Part shown: piece by piece, positions 1 through 13,788 of the stretch
Layout of the letters: each line of letters begins with the position of its first letter
Position numbering within the stretch: the stretch's first letter is position 1
NCBI RefSeq assembly: GCF_024521635.1
Contig: NW_026250417.1
Span: 744,001-808,000 of the forward strand
Direction of reading: 5' to 3'
DNA length: 64,000 bases
Origin: Tricharina praecox
Lineage: Eukaryota
Notes under the pieces: generated by a model
The model's input: the letters and a program-made list of their open reading frames with translations, nothing else
Told to the model about the DNA's origin: nothing
Database searches by the model: none
Position numbers and translations under genes: made by a program

Positions 1-1514
1 GGCTGCATGCTCGTTGTCGACAAAGTCGAGGAGAGTCGCCGTGTCTTCCGTTCGAGCTCTCCCGGAGGATTAAAGCGATACCCGAGTGCCTCGGTGCGAA
101 TGCATGTAACAGGCTGAATGGCGAGAGAGGAACTTAGAAGTTCACGCCTGGAAGCTCTTGGAATAGAGTATTGTCAATCGAGACCTCTACTTGGTTCGAA
201 TTGCTACGGCAGTTGCCTCTGGAAGAGCTATGCTCGCCAAAATCCAGAACTTGGAATGTCATAATCCCCCCATCGAGATAGACATACGGGGTACACACGG
301 AAAGACGAGGCTTGGAACAGTGGTTTTGGAAAAATGGGCTTGGAATCGGCTCGGTGAATGGGGATTGCGAAGGAGCCACTCGGTTAGAGTTGCGATCTAG
401 TTCTCGGGAGATCGACAGTGGAAAAAAGTCTTGTCCGACCTTCCACCGCCACACTAAGCCGGCCCGCTTATCTACAGTTTTTCTTGCACCTGTCCGGGCC
501 TCGTCACGAGCGCTCACTTGCTCTCTTGGTTTTTGATCGGACCGGCCCAGTTAACGGCTGCAAACTGTTCGACCTACTTAGCCCTACAGATCGGAAGAAG
601 CAGGTACGGCTAGAGTTTTTGTTGATTTGCTCGATGGTCTTGCATGTTTAACGCCACCGGTATTTCAGCATGTACTCTACATGCCCCAGAATCGTCCGAC
701 TCGACAGCGGTGGGAGAAGACGCCGGATGGAGATGCTCGCGGAAGAAGGAGGGGCCGGGCCGATTCAGGCGAATACGCGGAGAAGAGATCGAAGAAGGGC
801 CAAAGATCGAGAGCGCAGGCTGGGGGAGCTGCAGAACTGTTAGATGCCCCGCATGAGCAGCAACGTTTGTTGGCTAAAAATAGCGCAGCATCCAGGGCTT
901 CGCCCCTCCGACTCGCAGCACACTTGACGATGTCGCCGACTCGCCGTGTATCTATCGCTTCGTCCAATCTGAGCTCGCTAAGCTTCTGGCCTGCTTCCGC
1001 TCCGGGAAGTTTTTTGCTCGTTTGGTGGCGATCGAGCACGCTTTGCAGCTTAGTCAACGGGCGAAGTGGGGCCATAAACGCGGCTCTGGCATCGTATATT
1101 CTCCCTTTTCCGGCGCACAGGAACCGTTCGACTCTGTAGATGTAGGCGGACCCGGACATAGAGAGTGAAAAAAAAAGGGAGCGAGAGGGAACTCTACTCT
1201 GGTGGGTCTGCTCACTTCTACCCGCCTCTTTGTCATACCCAGGTCGAACTTCGATTTTTGCAATACAGCGCGGCGGATCCTCGTTGCCCATCAGTCGTTA
1301 CTCTCCATACCTCCCCCGGCCCTCCTCCACGCTCGCGAATCCCCCCCCCCTAGTCTCCCACCGTCCAGCTAGCCGATCTGTCCGTGCCTTCCACGTTTCT
1401 CACCACCGTGATAAGTCCTACATATCTCCTCCTGCGTCCCGACAAGCCCAACTTTTTCTCGGGAGTCCGAAAGGCCCATCGCTAGTCGTTCTTGGGATCT
1501 TGTCTCCAACGACA

Positions 1515-4500
1515 ATGGCGTTCGCGTATCAGGGGTTCGGCTTCGGAGAGGTGCGATGCGATGCGCTCCCCCCCCCTCCTCTCCCCACCCCCCAACTGCG
1601 CTGCTGCTGCTTTCGTGAAGAAGCACTTCAGTGCAGAATCTCCCTTCCTCTTCATCCCCCAAAGCAAAGGAACCCGAGACCGTGTTGTGTGAGCGAGAGC
1701 GAGAGCGTGTATGTGCTGACTCTTGGGGCCCGGCATGCCTGCGATCCGTCTAGTTCTATAAAGCCCAACAGAAGCTGCAGGAGATCCTCGAAGCTTGTTT
1801 CCTCGGAGTGTTCGATGCGCCCACCACGTATCTGTCGCTAGCTCGGACTCTCGAAGGCCTGGCCGACAGGATCGAGCGCCTTCTTGACGAAAATGGAAAT
1901 CCGAACTCGTCGATATTGCGCGCCGACAACAAGCCGCCGGCACAGCAGATGCTGCGCATAGCGAGCCATGGCCTCATCGAGAGCCTCAACCACCTCGAAC
2001 GCGTGATACCCATCGACGAGGCCAGAAGGGACCCTGGGGATATGCGTGGTCACAATGTCGTGTACAAGCTGTCAATGCATGGCGAAGAGACCGTGCTGGG
2101 CGTCTTGACGGAAAAGTTCCGCTTTCAGACCTGGAAGTTAGATCTATTTTTCAAAGTGCTGCGCAAGTAAGACGGATTTTTTCAACTTCCGATTGCTTCT
2201 GTCGATCGTGTCTTTTCCTCGCCGTTGAAGACCTACTACGTGCTTCGTGGTGGTGATGGAGTGGTGGAGTGGCTTGCTGACGCAATCCCCACGATTAGGA
2301 GCAAAGTGTCGCAAACCCTCTCTGTCTACGATGGCGTTCAGAGACGCCTGGGAAAGCACTTCGAGGAGCTCGCCGCTCGGAAGTCGACGGCATCGTACAG
2401 CACCACGAGCAGCTACGGCGGAGCGGACTCCTCGGGAATCCAGGAAATCGACCTCATCCAGCGCTTCCAGGATGCGTGTGAGTTTGGCGGGAGTGGTCAC
2501 AATTTTATCTGGAAACTTAAGCCCGAGAGCACGCTCTTAATCACACTACACTGGGTTTTCAACGTAAGCCACAGCACATATATCTCCGGGTCTGTGGTGA
2601 TTGACGCCTGATGAATTCTCTCGCACACAGCTCAATCGAAATAATGACCCCAAGCAACTGCCCATCGAAGCCTATGTCAACCTTATGAAATGCTCCTGGT
2701 TGCTCAGGGTGACGACGCCCGAGGCCGGAGTTGAAGGTTTCTCGGATGAGGTGCGGACGATGATAGGTCTGCTCGGATGTGTGAGTATCTCCCACGTGTG
2801 GAAACGGTCGGATCATGCAGGGGTTAATGTGGGAACCACAGGATGTTGTGTATCGGCTTCAAGAATACTTTGACCAAGAAGTGGAACCGCCAACACCCCA
2901 GGAGCTGATGGAGCGTGGCAACTTTAGCATTTTCATTGACGGTATCAACAAGAAAGATATCGGTGCGGGTCTGGTGAGAACAGCAGTGCCGACAGCATTC
3001 CCTGGCGTTGAACCCGATCCGCCGCTCCGGTTGCCACTGCAAGTTGGCAACGGCGATTTCCACATGTCGGATTCGCCTTTCAACCGCTTCTCCCCCATCG
3101 AGGAGCCGGGCTCTGCAGGAACGGACTTGCGATCCAACAGTATGGACATCGACAAACGCCATCTGCCAGAACTTTCTATGGCATTGGCCGAGCAGCGCGG
3201 CGGCCCCTCGCGTTCCATATCTGCGTCCCCGTATGCCGGGGACAGAGATTTTCAAAACGAAAACGGCAGCAGCAGCGGGCCCTCCTCTCTTCACAGTGCA
3301 TCGAATTCTATATCGTCGCTCGGTAGTGCTCGGATGGGCCACCTCGGAGTCGGAGTCGGATACTCTCCGGAGTTTTTCCCTACGACGCAGCGCATAGGCC
3401 AGCCACATTCAAGGCCATCAACCTCGGGAACAAGTGGCCCGCCTGCCCCGCGGAAGCTCAAACCGAACTATAGCTGGAACGAAATTGTGGACAGGGAGAA
3501 TCTCGGCGTGAGACCGGGAGAGATAGAGATCCTTCCGAAGGATTTCGAACAGATGTGCGTTTTGGTCCTTCTCATGTCAACTAAGCCTGATTGAAAGCTG
3601 ACCTGGTTGAAGGCACTTGATGGCGTCGTACACTGGAGATAGGCATGGTCGGTGGGACAACTGCCGTGTCAGGATTTTCAAGTTGATGTCGGACAAGACA
3701 CTTCGGATGTTGACGCTGATGGATGGCTTGGAAGAGAGTATCGATCAGCGAGTCGGTGAGTGGCAAGCGTGGCAATCTTGGGTGGTCAGTGGTGGAGACT
3801 AAACAAGTAACTTCCATGTAGCATACGTCAAGGAGGCCGAACTTGTCCCAGATTATGGCTATCACCAAAACCACCCCATCATCTACATCCGCAAGACTCA
3901 CAAGCAGGATCCGTTCTTACATGGAAACCCTCGGAAGATTGCCGGAAAACCTATGCCACCGAGCAGTCTCTACTACAAATTCAAGACCGCTCGCGGTATT
4001 TACTCTCGTGGGCATGCTGCGGGTGGTTTCGTTTGCTGACCGGCCCATCAGATATGTTCAACTTTCAGTTCGCACTACTCGGAGAAGCCGTGGAAACAGA
4101 GTGCCAAGCCGTGCGCACCGTGCGCTTCAAGAAGAGCCTTCGTGACGGCGAACACAGCCACTACAAAGCGCGTATCCAGCTCTGGAGGGAGGTGGACAAC
4201 GACACGGAAGTTCTTGCCAGCGTCCCCAGCGTGGCGCCAACAGCAACCAGAGAAGCATGGGCGCGGCCGAACCTAAAAGTGCACACCACTCGCATGGTGA
4301 TGTATTGGGATGAAACCATCACCACTTTCTTCAGTCTGTCCCCTCCCACCTCTTCCTATCGGGCATCGATCTAACATGCGAGTAGTTACCGACTCCATCG
4401 ACATCGACATCCGCCACCAGCGGCGGTGCTCGGTCCGCATCCGGCCGAGCTCGCACAAAACGTTTCAGAACCCGACATCTGTAAAAGCCCGGACGTTCGG

Positions 4501-4765
4501 ATCCCGGGAGGCACCGGGAGGCTTCCGGTTGGACAAGAAGGGGCTTTTCCCGGATGACGAAGAGAGCTTTGATGATTTCAAGTGGTTTGAGATCGAGTTC
4601 AATAGTCAGGAGGAGATGAACAACTTCTTCACCGAGTTCAAAAAGGCGCTGAATCTGCGGCGGAGGGAGCGCTGGCAGATCGATGAGCTCAAGAGGTTGG
4701 CCGCTAGAGGCGTGCCGGCGGGCGCCGAGGTCACGGTTACCCCGTCGCAGGCTGTAAGGAGATGA
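1515..4765 (+). CDS. Multi-exon hypothetical protein: N-terminal HeLo/SesA-like helical domain, Ser/Pro-rich linker, C-terminal globular (possibly PH-like) region
   Basis: ATG at 1515 (MAFAYQGFGFGE), GT donor at 1551, TAG acceptor ending 1753, continuing in frame as FYKAQQKLQEILEACFLGVFDAPTTYLSLARTLEGL. Successive ORF-track blocks (1808, 2225, 2601, 2815, 3617, 4033, 4310) are separated by short intron-like gaps; stop at 4765. Some junctions are uncertain. Confidence 0.7.
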
Positions 4766-4948
4766 TGGGAGATGCATGGTAGTTAGCTGGCGGGCAGAAT
4801 TCTGGGACGTCTTTTGGCTGTTTGGCTCAACCACGATATTTTGGATTCGAGTGGATCTATTTTGCTTTTATTTTCGTTTTCTTTCTTTCTTTCTTTTCGG
4901 AGGGAATATGGTATGGTGTTTTGGGCGTCTCATTTCCTGCTTTATGAG

Positions 4949-5061
4949 CTCTCTCTCTCTCTCTCTCCCTCTCTCTCTCTCTCTCCCTCTCTCTCTCTCT
5001 CCCTCTCTCTCTCTCTCCCTCTCTCTCTCTCTCCCTCTCTCTCTCTCTCCCCCTCTCTCTC
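4949..5061. repeat. (CT)n microsatellite, interrupted by CCCT units
   Basis: Directly visible, downstream of the 1515-4765 gene. Confidence 0.95.
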
Positions 5062-5710
5062 ATCTGTGTTCTGTGTTCTGTGTTCGTATCTGCACCTTCG
5101 CGCGTCGGGGGCGTTCGGTTTTTCAAACTTCTTTTTTCTTTTTCTTCTTGATAGTTAGCCGTCAGTTCAGTTCGGGTGCGATGAACGAGGTCTGTATGAA
5201 ACCGAGCTGTGCAATAGATTCGAACTGTCTACATCACATAGTCATATGGCAAGAGGCGCTTGTGTGCTTGCGCATGCGCGTGGCGGGGGGAAGGCCCTGG
5301 ATCGGCAGTGCATAAACCGCCTACTCTATGTATGTACAGCTGCCCCACAGCGGGGCAGTGGGCAGTGGCTTGACTGCGTGTAGGACGACACTTCTTGGAG
5401 GAAGGTATGGCGATGAAGTGAGAATGACTTCTGCGAATGCTGTCTACATAGAGTGATTCCGCGAGTGAACATAGAGTTCATATGTCGAGTAAGGCTACGT
5501 CACTAACTAGCGTTGAGTTAAGCGGCTCTTCCCGCTCAGAACGACAGGCAGGCAGGAACATCATCTAGCTGCAGCTCCAATTCCATCTGTCGTCTCTCCC
5601 CACCACCCACCGTCGACCGCCCCGCCAACCCACCTACCACCTATCAGCTTTTCCAGCTGTACCAGGTGTACCACCGCCACTTCCATCACCTCACACCACC
5701 AGCCCCAACG

Positions 5711-5785
5711 ATGTCGGGCGGATGGAATACGATTGAATCCGATGCTGTCAGTTCTCGGATGCGTCTGCATACCTAGCTTGGTGTG

Positions 5786-5821
<36 letters not shown>

Positions 5822-6917
5822 GCTAACGTACCGTCGCCTCCAGGGAGTGTTCACATACCTCGTCGAGAACCTCGGCGTGAAGGACGTACAGTTCGAGGAG
5901 ATGATATCGCTGGACTCATCGTACCTACAGCAGCTTCCGTACGCTCCCCCGCCCCTCCCGTCCCCTCCCACCACCAACCCCACTAACCACCCCCAGCCCC
6001 GTCTACGGCGTAATCTTCCTGTTCAAGTACCCCGTGGGGGAGAGCAAACCCTCGGATGGCACTGCGGCGGATGGCACGTTCGACCCCGGGGCAGCCGAGA
6101 ACCTATTCTTTGCAAACCAGGTCATACAGAATGCGTGCGCGACGCAGGCGATCCTGTCGGTCCTGCTGAATCGTGCGGATATCGACGTCGGAAAGGACCT
6201 AAAGGATTTTGGAGAGTTTACGCAGGCGTTTCCGAGTGATGTAGGTTGCTTTTCCGTGATGGCGGGGGGATGGGGTGGGGTGGGGATGGGCTGGGGGATG
6301 GGGGATGGGAGAGTGGCGGGCTGATTTGGGTGTTGGGACAGCTAAGAGGCGAGGCGCTCTCGAACTCGGAGCTAATCCGGACGGTGCACAACTCATTTGC
6401 GCGATCGTCGCCGTTCGTGGACGAGGGGTCGCGGGCCGCGACGGAGGATGACGACGTCTACCACTTCATCGCGTACACCTCGCTGCAGGGCTCCTTGTAC
6501 GAGCTCGACGGGCTGCAGCCGGCGCCGATATCGCACGGCCCTTGCACCGACGCCGATTTCGCAGAGAAGATCATTCCCATCCTGCAGCGCCGCATAGGAA
6601 GATACCCTGCCTCCGAGATAAGGTTCAATCTGCTCGCGATGATTCAGGATCCGAGGGTCAGAGCGAGGGAGATCGGTGATGAGGATACGCTGGCACGTGA
6701 GGAGCAGAGGAGACAGGCCTGGCTCTGGGAGAATGAACTCAGGAGACATAATTTTGTCGGGTTCGTCCATGAGGTTGCCAAGGCGGTTGCGAGGAAGAAG
6801 TTGAAGGAGGGCGCGTTTGAGGTGTGGATGGGCCAGGCGAAGGAGAAGGCGAAGTCGAGGCACGCGAATAGGAAGCAGGCGGCGGCGGCGGCGGGAGGCG
6901 ATGAGATGGAGTACTAG
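5711..6917 (+). CDS. UCH37: Ubiquitin carboxyl-terminal hydrolase, UCH37/UCH-L5 type (peptidase C12), 4 exons
   Basis: [45 protein letters not shown] (catalytic Cys), YHFIAY (His), LYELDGL (Asp), C-terminal RRHNFVGF motif. Intron 1 contains a (GA)n tract at 5788-5818. Confidence 0.95.
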
Positions 6918-8608
6918 GATTCTACCTACATACTGCGGATATGCTCGGCGAGATCGCGAATCATGTCCTTCACTGTGTAGAGATCGTATAGCGTATACCT
7001 ACCTCATACTCGCACATTCCGTCCCAGCGATTGGCTTATGCATATGTTCGGGGGATGCTCTAAAAGGGGAAGCGTTTACATCCTGCCATAATATGTATGA
7101 TAAACCCAACGAACGAGATGTATGTACCGTATGCATGCCATATACGGGGTTTAAGAATAGTAATGAGATGTACCTACTACCTACTGCCTATCGTTGGCGA
7201 GACGAGGTGAGTGATTCAGGGACGTCGCAGATCTCATTGGTGTGGTTACAGGCGCAAAGACTGGGCAGTTTGATGATCTGACGGGTGTCTCATGCAAGCG
7301 ATTCGGCCGCGGGCTGTGAGTGTGTTGGCGTGAATGCTTAGCCTCACGAGGCAGGAAGGCACTGGGCAGCGCCTCGGGCTGGGTGTCGGACGTGGGCCGG
7401 GTGGTTGGGGCGGAAGAGAAGGGGGGAAGGGAGAAGTTGGCCGCGACGGTGGTCATGATGAAACGCCGGTAGTCACCGGCAGACGGCCGTGGTCTTTGCT
7501 GGCTTCCTGGCCTCGGGAGCGCGGAGTATGTGTGATAACTTCAACATCCACTCTCCCGACGCCACTCTTCCGGAGTCACCTGTAGGCCAGTTGTTGTGTA
7601 TTCTACAGCACATACTTCTGCCTGTCAATTCTGCTCTCCTGTAGATAACTACGGAGCACAGATATTCCGGCCGTTCCCTCCCTCGGGTTCGAGCACACGA
7701 CACGGCCTCTCCTCCGCAGACGCCCGCCCCCGCTCATCCCCGCCAGTGCCAGTGCCAGTGCCAGTGCCAGTGCCAGTCCGGCCGTAGTGCGGCTAGGCTA
7801 AGCCCTGCAACAGCGATAGTTACATAACCCCATGCGCCGCTGGGTACAGCGCCTCCAAGTCAAGTCCCCGTTCGTCCAAATCACGCCAAGGCATAGGTAA
7901 CAGTCCCACTGCCATCCATCCATCCATCCCTTCCCTTCCTTCTTCGCCTGCCTCGGAGCAAGCAAGCAAGGCAACAGAAAACAAAACCCTACATACCTAC
8001 GCCTATGCCTATGTCTGGGTCTGCGCTTTATGTGATCTATTCTACGTAACGTAACAGCGCGGATCTGACTTACTTCTCTCTTACGTACTGTGCTGCTGCT
8101 GCTGCTTGATCACTTTACTTTACTTTCTTTTGCTTTGACGAGCGAAACTGCTCACTCAACAAGAAGAGAAGGCGAAGGCGTTTCTTGCTTGTTCGCTCTT
8201 ATCCGGCAAAACCTCCGCAGCTGACACTGATCGGGCGAGTCGAGCTCTCTGAGTCTGAGCAACCACCACCACCACCACCACCACCACCACCACCACCAAC
8301 GAGTCAACGACGGCTCGCACTGCACTGCACTGCACCCATCACCCAACACCCACCACCACCCACGCCCACGCCCACACCAACCGACAACGACGACAACCTC
8401 CAACACCACCCTCCGCGCCGCCGCCGACGAAGAAAATCGAAAAGAAAAGCCGCGAACTTGGAAGCCGTCGCCTATTACGCAACCCTAAATGGCGGCCTCC
8501 CCACCGCGGCGACGCGCCCGGCCCACCCGCATCAGCAGCAGCAGCAGCTACTTCCCCGCCCCGCGCTACAGCCCGACCGCATCGGCGCAACAACAACAAG
8601 TCCACACA

Positions 8609-10189
8609 ATGCCGTACCTACTCGCCTTGCCCACACCATCGGCACCATCACCACCGAGCGGCGGCGGGGGGGATAACGGCGCAACCGGCCGCGGCATCAT
8701 AATCGGGCTGCTATCGGCGTTCGGCTCGGCGGCGCTGGTGGCGCTGGTTTTTGCGTTCATATACTTTTTGCGATACACCACGCGCGGCCGGATACTCCTT
8801 GATGCCCTGGGAAGACCGGGCGAATATGATGATGAGGCGCTCCGGGCAAAAGAGGAGGCTGAGGCTATGGAGAGAATGGATGAAATGGAGAGGTTGGAGT
8901 ATTTACGTGCTAAGTGTCAGTATTCTCCCTTTCTCTCGTGTGGGCGGTGTGGGCGGTGGGATGTTGGGTTGGGTTGGCTGGGGCTGATAAGAGGTGTGTA
9001 AAGCGTTCGTCGAGGCAAATCCGCCAGACTCGGTCCCGACGGATATAAGTTTGTCACAATTCCTGGCCATCCAGGAGAAAGGTGTATCGGCGTGGGAGTT
9101 CGAGGCGGAACTGGAGATTGCGAATTGCTTTGTTGAGGCGCGGACGGAGGTGGAGTTCTACGACTCGGTGTGTTCGGTCCAGAGCAATCTGCCCGTTCCA
9201 AAGCAGAATGAAGTTTACTATTGGGAGGCGAAATTGTACGACAAACCTGAGAACACGCTGGTTTCCATTGGCATGTCGACGAAGCCTTACCCGATGTTTC
9301 GGTTACCTGGTGAGCCTGCTTCGAAGGGGGTGGGAACGATTGGTGATCGATCGCCTACTGACTTTTGGCGACGGCAGGATGGCATAAGCACTCCCTCGCG
9401 TACACCTCGACCGGCCACCGCCGCCACAACCAACCTTTCGCGGGCACAGCCTATGGCCCCGCCTACATCCAAGGCGACGTAATAGGCGTTGGGTACCGAC
9501 CGCGCAGCGGTACCGTCTTCTTCACCCGCAACGGCAAAAAACTCGACGACGTAGCGCACGGGCTCAAATCCTTCAACCTGTTCCCGACGCTCGGCGCGAA
9601 CGGCCCGTGCACCGTGCACGTCAACTTCGGCCAGCTCGGCTTCGTCTTCATCGAAGCCAACGTCAAGAAGTGGGGACTCGCACCGATGAACGGCTCGCTC
9701 GCGCCGCCGCCGCCCTACGGCTCCGAGCACGGCAGCATCCTCCTCGAGGCCGGCCAGCGCGCCCCCGCCGACGGCGGCCGTGGCGGCGAATACTTCGACC
9801 ACGGCCGCGGCCGGGAATTCGGCACCGACCACCACCAGCCCACCTCCCCCGGCCCCGCCCGCAGCCCCAACGAAATCGGCCTTACAGACATCGAGCACCT
9901 GCACCACCACCACCCGCACCCGCACCAGCATGAGGTCGTCATCCGCGTCGAGCCGCCGCCCGACTACGCCAGCCACACCAGCGGCAGTAGCTCTGAGGGC
10001 GAGGAGGAGGACGCCGGCGTAGACGCCGCGGGAAGAAGACGCGCGAGGAGGGAGCGCGAGCGCGCGAGACTGCTCGGTCAGACTCCCGCGTATAAGGATA
10101 TTGTCCGTGAACGGAGTCCTGGGAATGGTGGCAGGTGGAGAAGCGGTAGTGCTCCTGCCGCTGCGGGACCAAGTGGGTCGCGTGCGTGA
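8609..10189 (+). CDS. SSH4: SSH4-like single-pass membrane protein with SPRY/B30.2 domain and PPPY motif (Rsp5 adaptor family), 3 exons
   Basis: TM segment GIIIGLLSAFGSAALVALVFAFIYFL; IQEKGVSAWEF; VYYWEAK; KPYPMFRLPGWH; GDVIGVGY; FFTRNGKKL; VHVNFGQ; APPPPYG. An in-frame upstream ATG at 8489 is an alternative start. Confidence 0.9.
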
Positions 10190-10878
10190 TGTTGCTACAT
10201 TATGTAGCTGGCAGGCTTCGCGTTATCTTCATTTTCGTTTTCTATTTTTCTTCAATGCATGGAGGTGGTATTGGTTCGTTGGTTCGTTGGTTGTATGGCA
10301 AAGGGGGGAGTTCTTGTGTGTTTTGCGTTTCCGTTGGCTGGTTGAGTCCAGAGAGTGGGTTGAGTGGGATTGGGATCATTCATTGCTGTTGCTAACTATT
10401 CATCATCATCATCATGACTCTCTCTTTTCTTTTTACTCTATTCTACTCTATTTGTGTGTGATCTCTGAGCTTCCTGCATGTTTGCATATATCTACTGGCT
10501 GTGATATGCTGTGCTGTGATATAGTGGGATGTATCTAGTGGGATGTAGTGGGATGTAGGTTAGTGGGGAATGGAAGATCATACGATGTCACCCGCAATTG
10601 GCACTTGAGACTTGAGGTGTATGTATGAAAACCATGGTATCGCATTCTTTAGGACGTATCCTACTATACCCTCCATCGCATCCCATCGCATCCCATCAAA
10701 GTCGTAAATCACAATCACAATCACAATCATCTCAAATACAAAGCCAGCCAAGCACACAAAGCCAATCAAGCCGCAAAGCCACAAAGCCAAAAAGCCACAA
10801 AGCTATCACACGTAACAAAGACTACCTATTCAAATGGCAAAAAAACCCACCTCCCAGTGAGAACAAGCAGTCAAACAA

Positions 10879-12610
10879 TCACAGCACGCCCTCGACGACC
10901 TCCGCGCCCCTCGCCTCGGCCGGCTGGGGCATCTGCTCATCGTCATCACGCTCCCTCTCCGCACGCTCCCTCTGCTCCCTCTCCTCGCGCTCCCTCTGCT
11001 CCCTAGACCTTACCTCCTCCTGCTGGCGCTCGATAGCATTGACGTGGCGATCATGCCATCCGGGCACCAAACTGGCCATGAAGATCATCACCGCGCGCTC
11101 CGCGTTCCTGATCACATCGCGCATGCGGTCCTCTTGGCGGTTGATCAGTAGCTGGGCGGTATTTGCTGGGTTGAGTGGGTGCTGCTGCTGCTGCTGCGGG
11201 TTGTTTCCGGGTGGTGGCGGGTAGATAGCCTCGACGAGCGGCCGCACAATGTCGTTCATGATGCCGGTCTGCCAGATGAAGATGATGACGGCGATGGAGC
11301 CGAGGTACAGGGTGCGGCGCCAGCCGCCGTTGCCGGTGAACAGGATCACGAACACGGTGAGTTTTAGTGCGAGCCAGAGGTGCGCTGCGCGGTCGCGGAT
11401 CAGGTGCTGTAGGTTTATGCGGCGGGCCGGCGGGTGCTCGGCGTACAGGGCGCGGCGGAGCTCCTCCATGTGCCGTGGCGGAGGTGGGACGCCATTTGGG
11501 TAGGGGTTGGGGTTGAAGCGGGGAGGGGGGAGGGCGGTGTTGGGGATTGCTGGGGGGAGGTGATTGGAGAAGTAGCGGGGTGGGGCTTGGGCGCTGCCGA
11601 CGGGGCCAACTAGAAGGGAGTGCGGCCGGCCGAGACGGTCTTGGAGGAGGAAGACGGCGCTGCTGGAGGGGATGGCTCGTTGCGAGATGTGCAGGGGCGC
11701 GGTGGCGAGGCCCTCTTCTTGGTCGAGTTGGCGGAGCTCGGCGAGGAGTTCGCGACGGCGCGCGGAGGTGTCTGGGCGCGGGGAGAGCGGCGTGTTGGCG
11801 GTGGGATTCACACTGTGCAGTGGTGCATCCAGATTGGCTGCCGGCTGCTCCAGCGTTGGTATCGTAGGAGAAGCCGAAGCCGGCGCCGTAAAGCTCGTCG
11901 ACGGCTCTCCGCCAAGCGGGCGCGTCCCACTGGCAGGTACTCGCGCCTGCGCACCCGGAAGCGATACACCGCTGCTCACCCCAAAACTCACGCTTCCAGA
12001 TCCTCCGGCATTCAAAGCTGCCCTCTCCGCACGTAGCCGTTCCAGAATCTCAGTTTGAGCTCTCACTGTCTGCCGCAGCTCCCCCATGGACATCGGTCCA
12101 CGGTCCAGTCCCGGGACCAAGCCAGTGAACGGGCGTAGCAGTGGATTGTTAGCTATGTGCGCGGGAACAGGAGGTCGAGATGAAGTCGAGGGTAGGATTC
12201 GAGTCGGCTCCTGCGCCTGCGCTTGCGGACGGAATGCGGCGGTCGTGGTTTGGGCGGTGGACACGTGCGGCGGAGGACTAACGACCAGATGCAGCGTGTG
12301 CACCTGCTGCTGCTATACGTCGAACGGGTCAGCAAGCTTGCATGTTGGGTACAGTACAGGAGCTTACGTCTCCGATCAGAGCATCCTTGACAGTACAGCT
12401 CCCGTCCAGTATCTTGCCCCGGTAGATCACGCGCTGCTGCTCCAGCGTTGGGTTGGATTCCAGCGAGGCTTTGATCAGTAGCTTTAGCGCGTTGATGGTT
12501 GTGTTGCCGTCGACCGTGTAGGCCAGGTCAGCGGGCACGCCGGGGGAAGGCGACATTATCTTGAGGCTGATCTGGGAGGCGTTGGCACTGGGGGGAGGAG
12601 TGCTTGCCAT
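10879..12610 (-). CDS. Ubiquitin-like-domain ER membrane protein (HERP/Usa1-like), 2 exons
   Basis: N-terminal UBL (ISLKIMSPS...QQRVIYRGKIL...HTLHLVV), long Pro-rich linker, TM hairpin HLWLALKLTVFVILFT...IAVIIFIWQTG, and FMASLVPG near the C-terminus. Confidence 0.8.
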
Positions 12611-13788
12611 GGTGGCTACGGGTGGGGGTTAGGGGGTTGGTGTGAGCTTGAAGATGGATTGTCGGGCGGGTTCGGGAGCTGTGTGTGAGGTAGACTTTGA
12701 GGTGGAGAGTACACGTAGAATGATTGCGGTAGTTGTGGTAGCTGTGGTAGCTGTGGTAGTTGTATTTGTTTATGGAGCTCAGTGTTTGCTTTGAATATTG
12801 TAGTGGGTGGATTTGGTTAGTGCGTGTTGCGAGAGCAAGAAAGGTGCGGGTGCTAAGGTAGGCTGCCAAAGCAGTAGAAACGTGCTGTTCTCGGGCCTTT
12901 TGCTGCAGGGCCGACGGATATTTGTCTCCACCGTGTCATCTCGTCATCGAGCGAGAGCGACGACATCTTTGCCGGCCTTCTTGCTCGGGTAGCTATCGCG
13001 TGTTACCCGGTCGGATAGCTGGTCGAGTGCCAGTTACCCGGCTGTGTGCTTCGATCCTGCTCATTGCGCTCACAGTCAGGCCGCCAATCGCTACTGCGGA
13101 CCGTTGTGTTCGGATTGACTGCTAGGAAGTCTGATGACCTGGTCAATACCTCTTCTCCAAAGCCTCGTCATGTCCGTCTTCCAATGTGAATATCTTCATC
13201 GACCCACCACAGCAATCGTCACCGTCGGCGTCGTCCCCGGAATGCCTGCTATTCACGCAGAGACACCCCGGAAAGGGGCCCATGTCCCGCCCGCGTGGCT
13301 GCATGGAGTATAGCCGAAACCCCTCCACCACCTCACTGCTGGGCATTCGTCCCTGTGTGGTGCACATCCCAAGAACGAAAGGAAGGAGAGTTACGCGGCC
13401 TGCTGTCAGTCCTGTGGGGAGAGCGAACAATAGTCTCCATCTACACGTAGATATTACGCCTTCCCTTCGCCTCATATCCGTCCGATCCTCCTCGACCATA
13501 ACTCCGCCGCCAATTCGATATCCTGCTGTCCCGTCGACCTTCAAAACGATAACCCCCCGTACCAGTATATATCCGTGCACTTCTATTCACTCGTTTCGAC
13601 CGCAAACAGCAACACAAGGCTTGGATTGTAGACCGATGATTCACCGGATCTCTTGGCTCTGTGTTGTCCTCGATTGAATCCATCCACTCCTTAGCCAGCT
13701 CCCCCGACGTTCTTTGTCCTCTCCAGCTCGCCTAGTCGAACGCTGCTGTTCCACTGCGCACACACTCGATCCATAGCAACCATCCACT

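Noticed and set aside
1..1291. ORFs 677-1291 (-), 627-1139 (+) and 134-517 (-)
   Set aside because: No recognisable domain and I could not build a consistent spliced model. A lineage-specific gene running off the window edge cannot be excluded.
10585..10608. MSPAIGT* as a third PAITTW-like copy
   Set aside because: Too short, interrupted by a stop, and located between convergent 3' ends; most likely chance.
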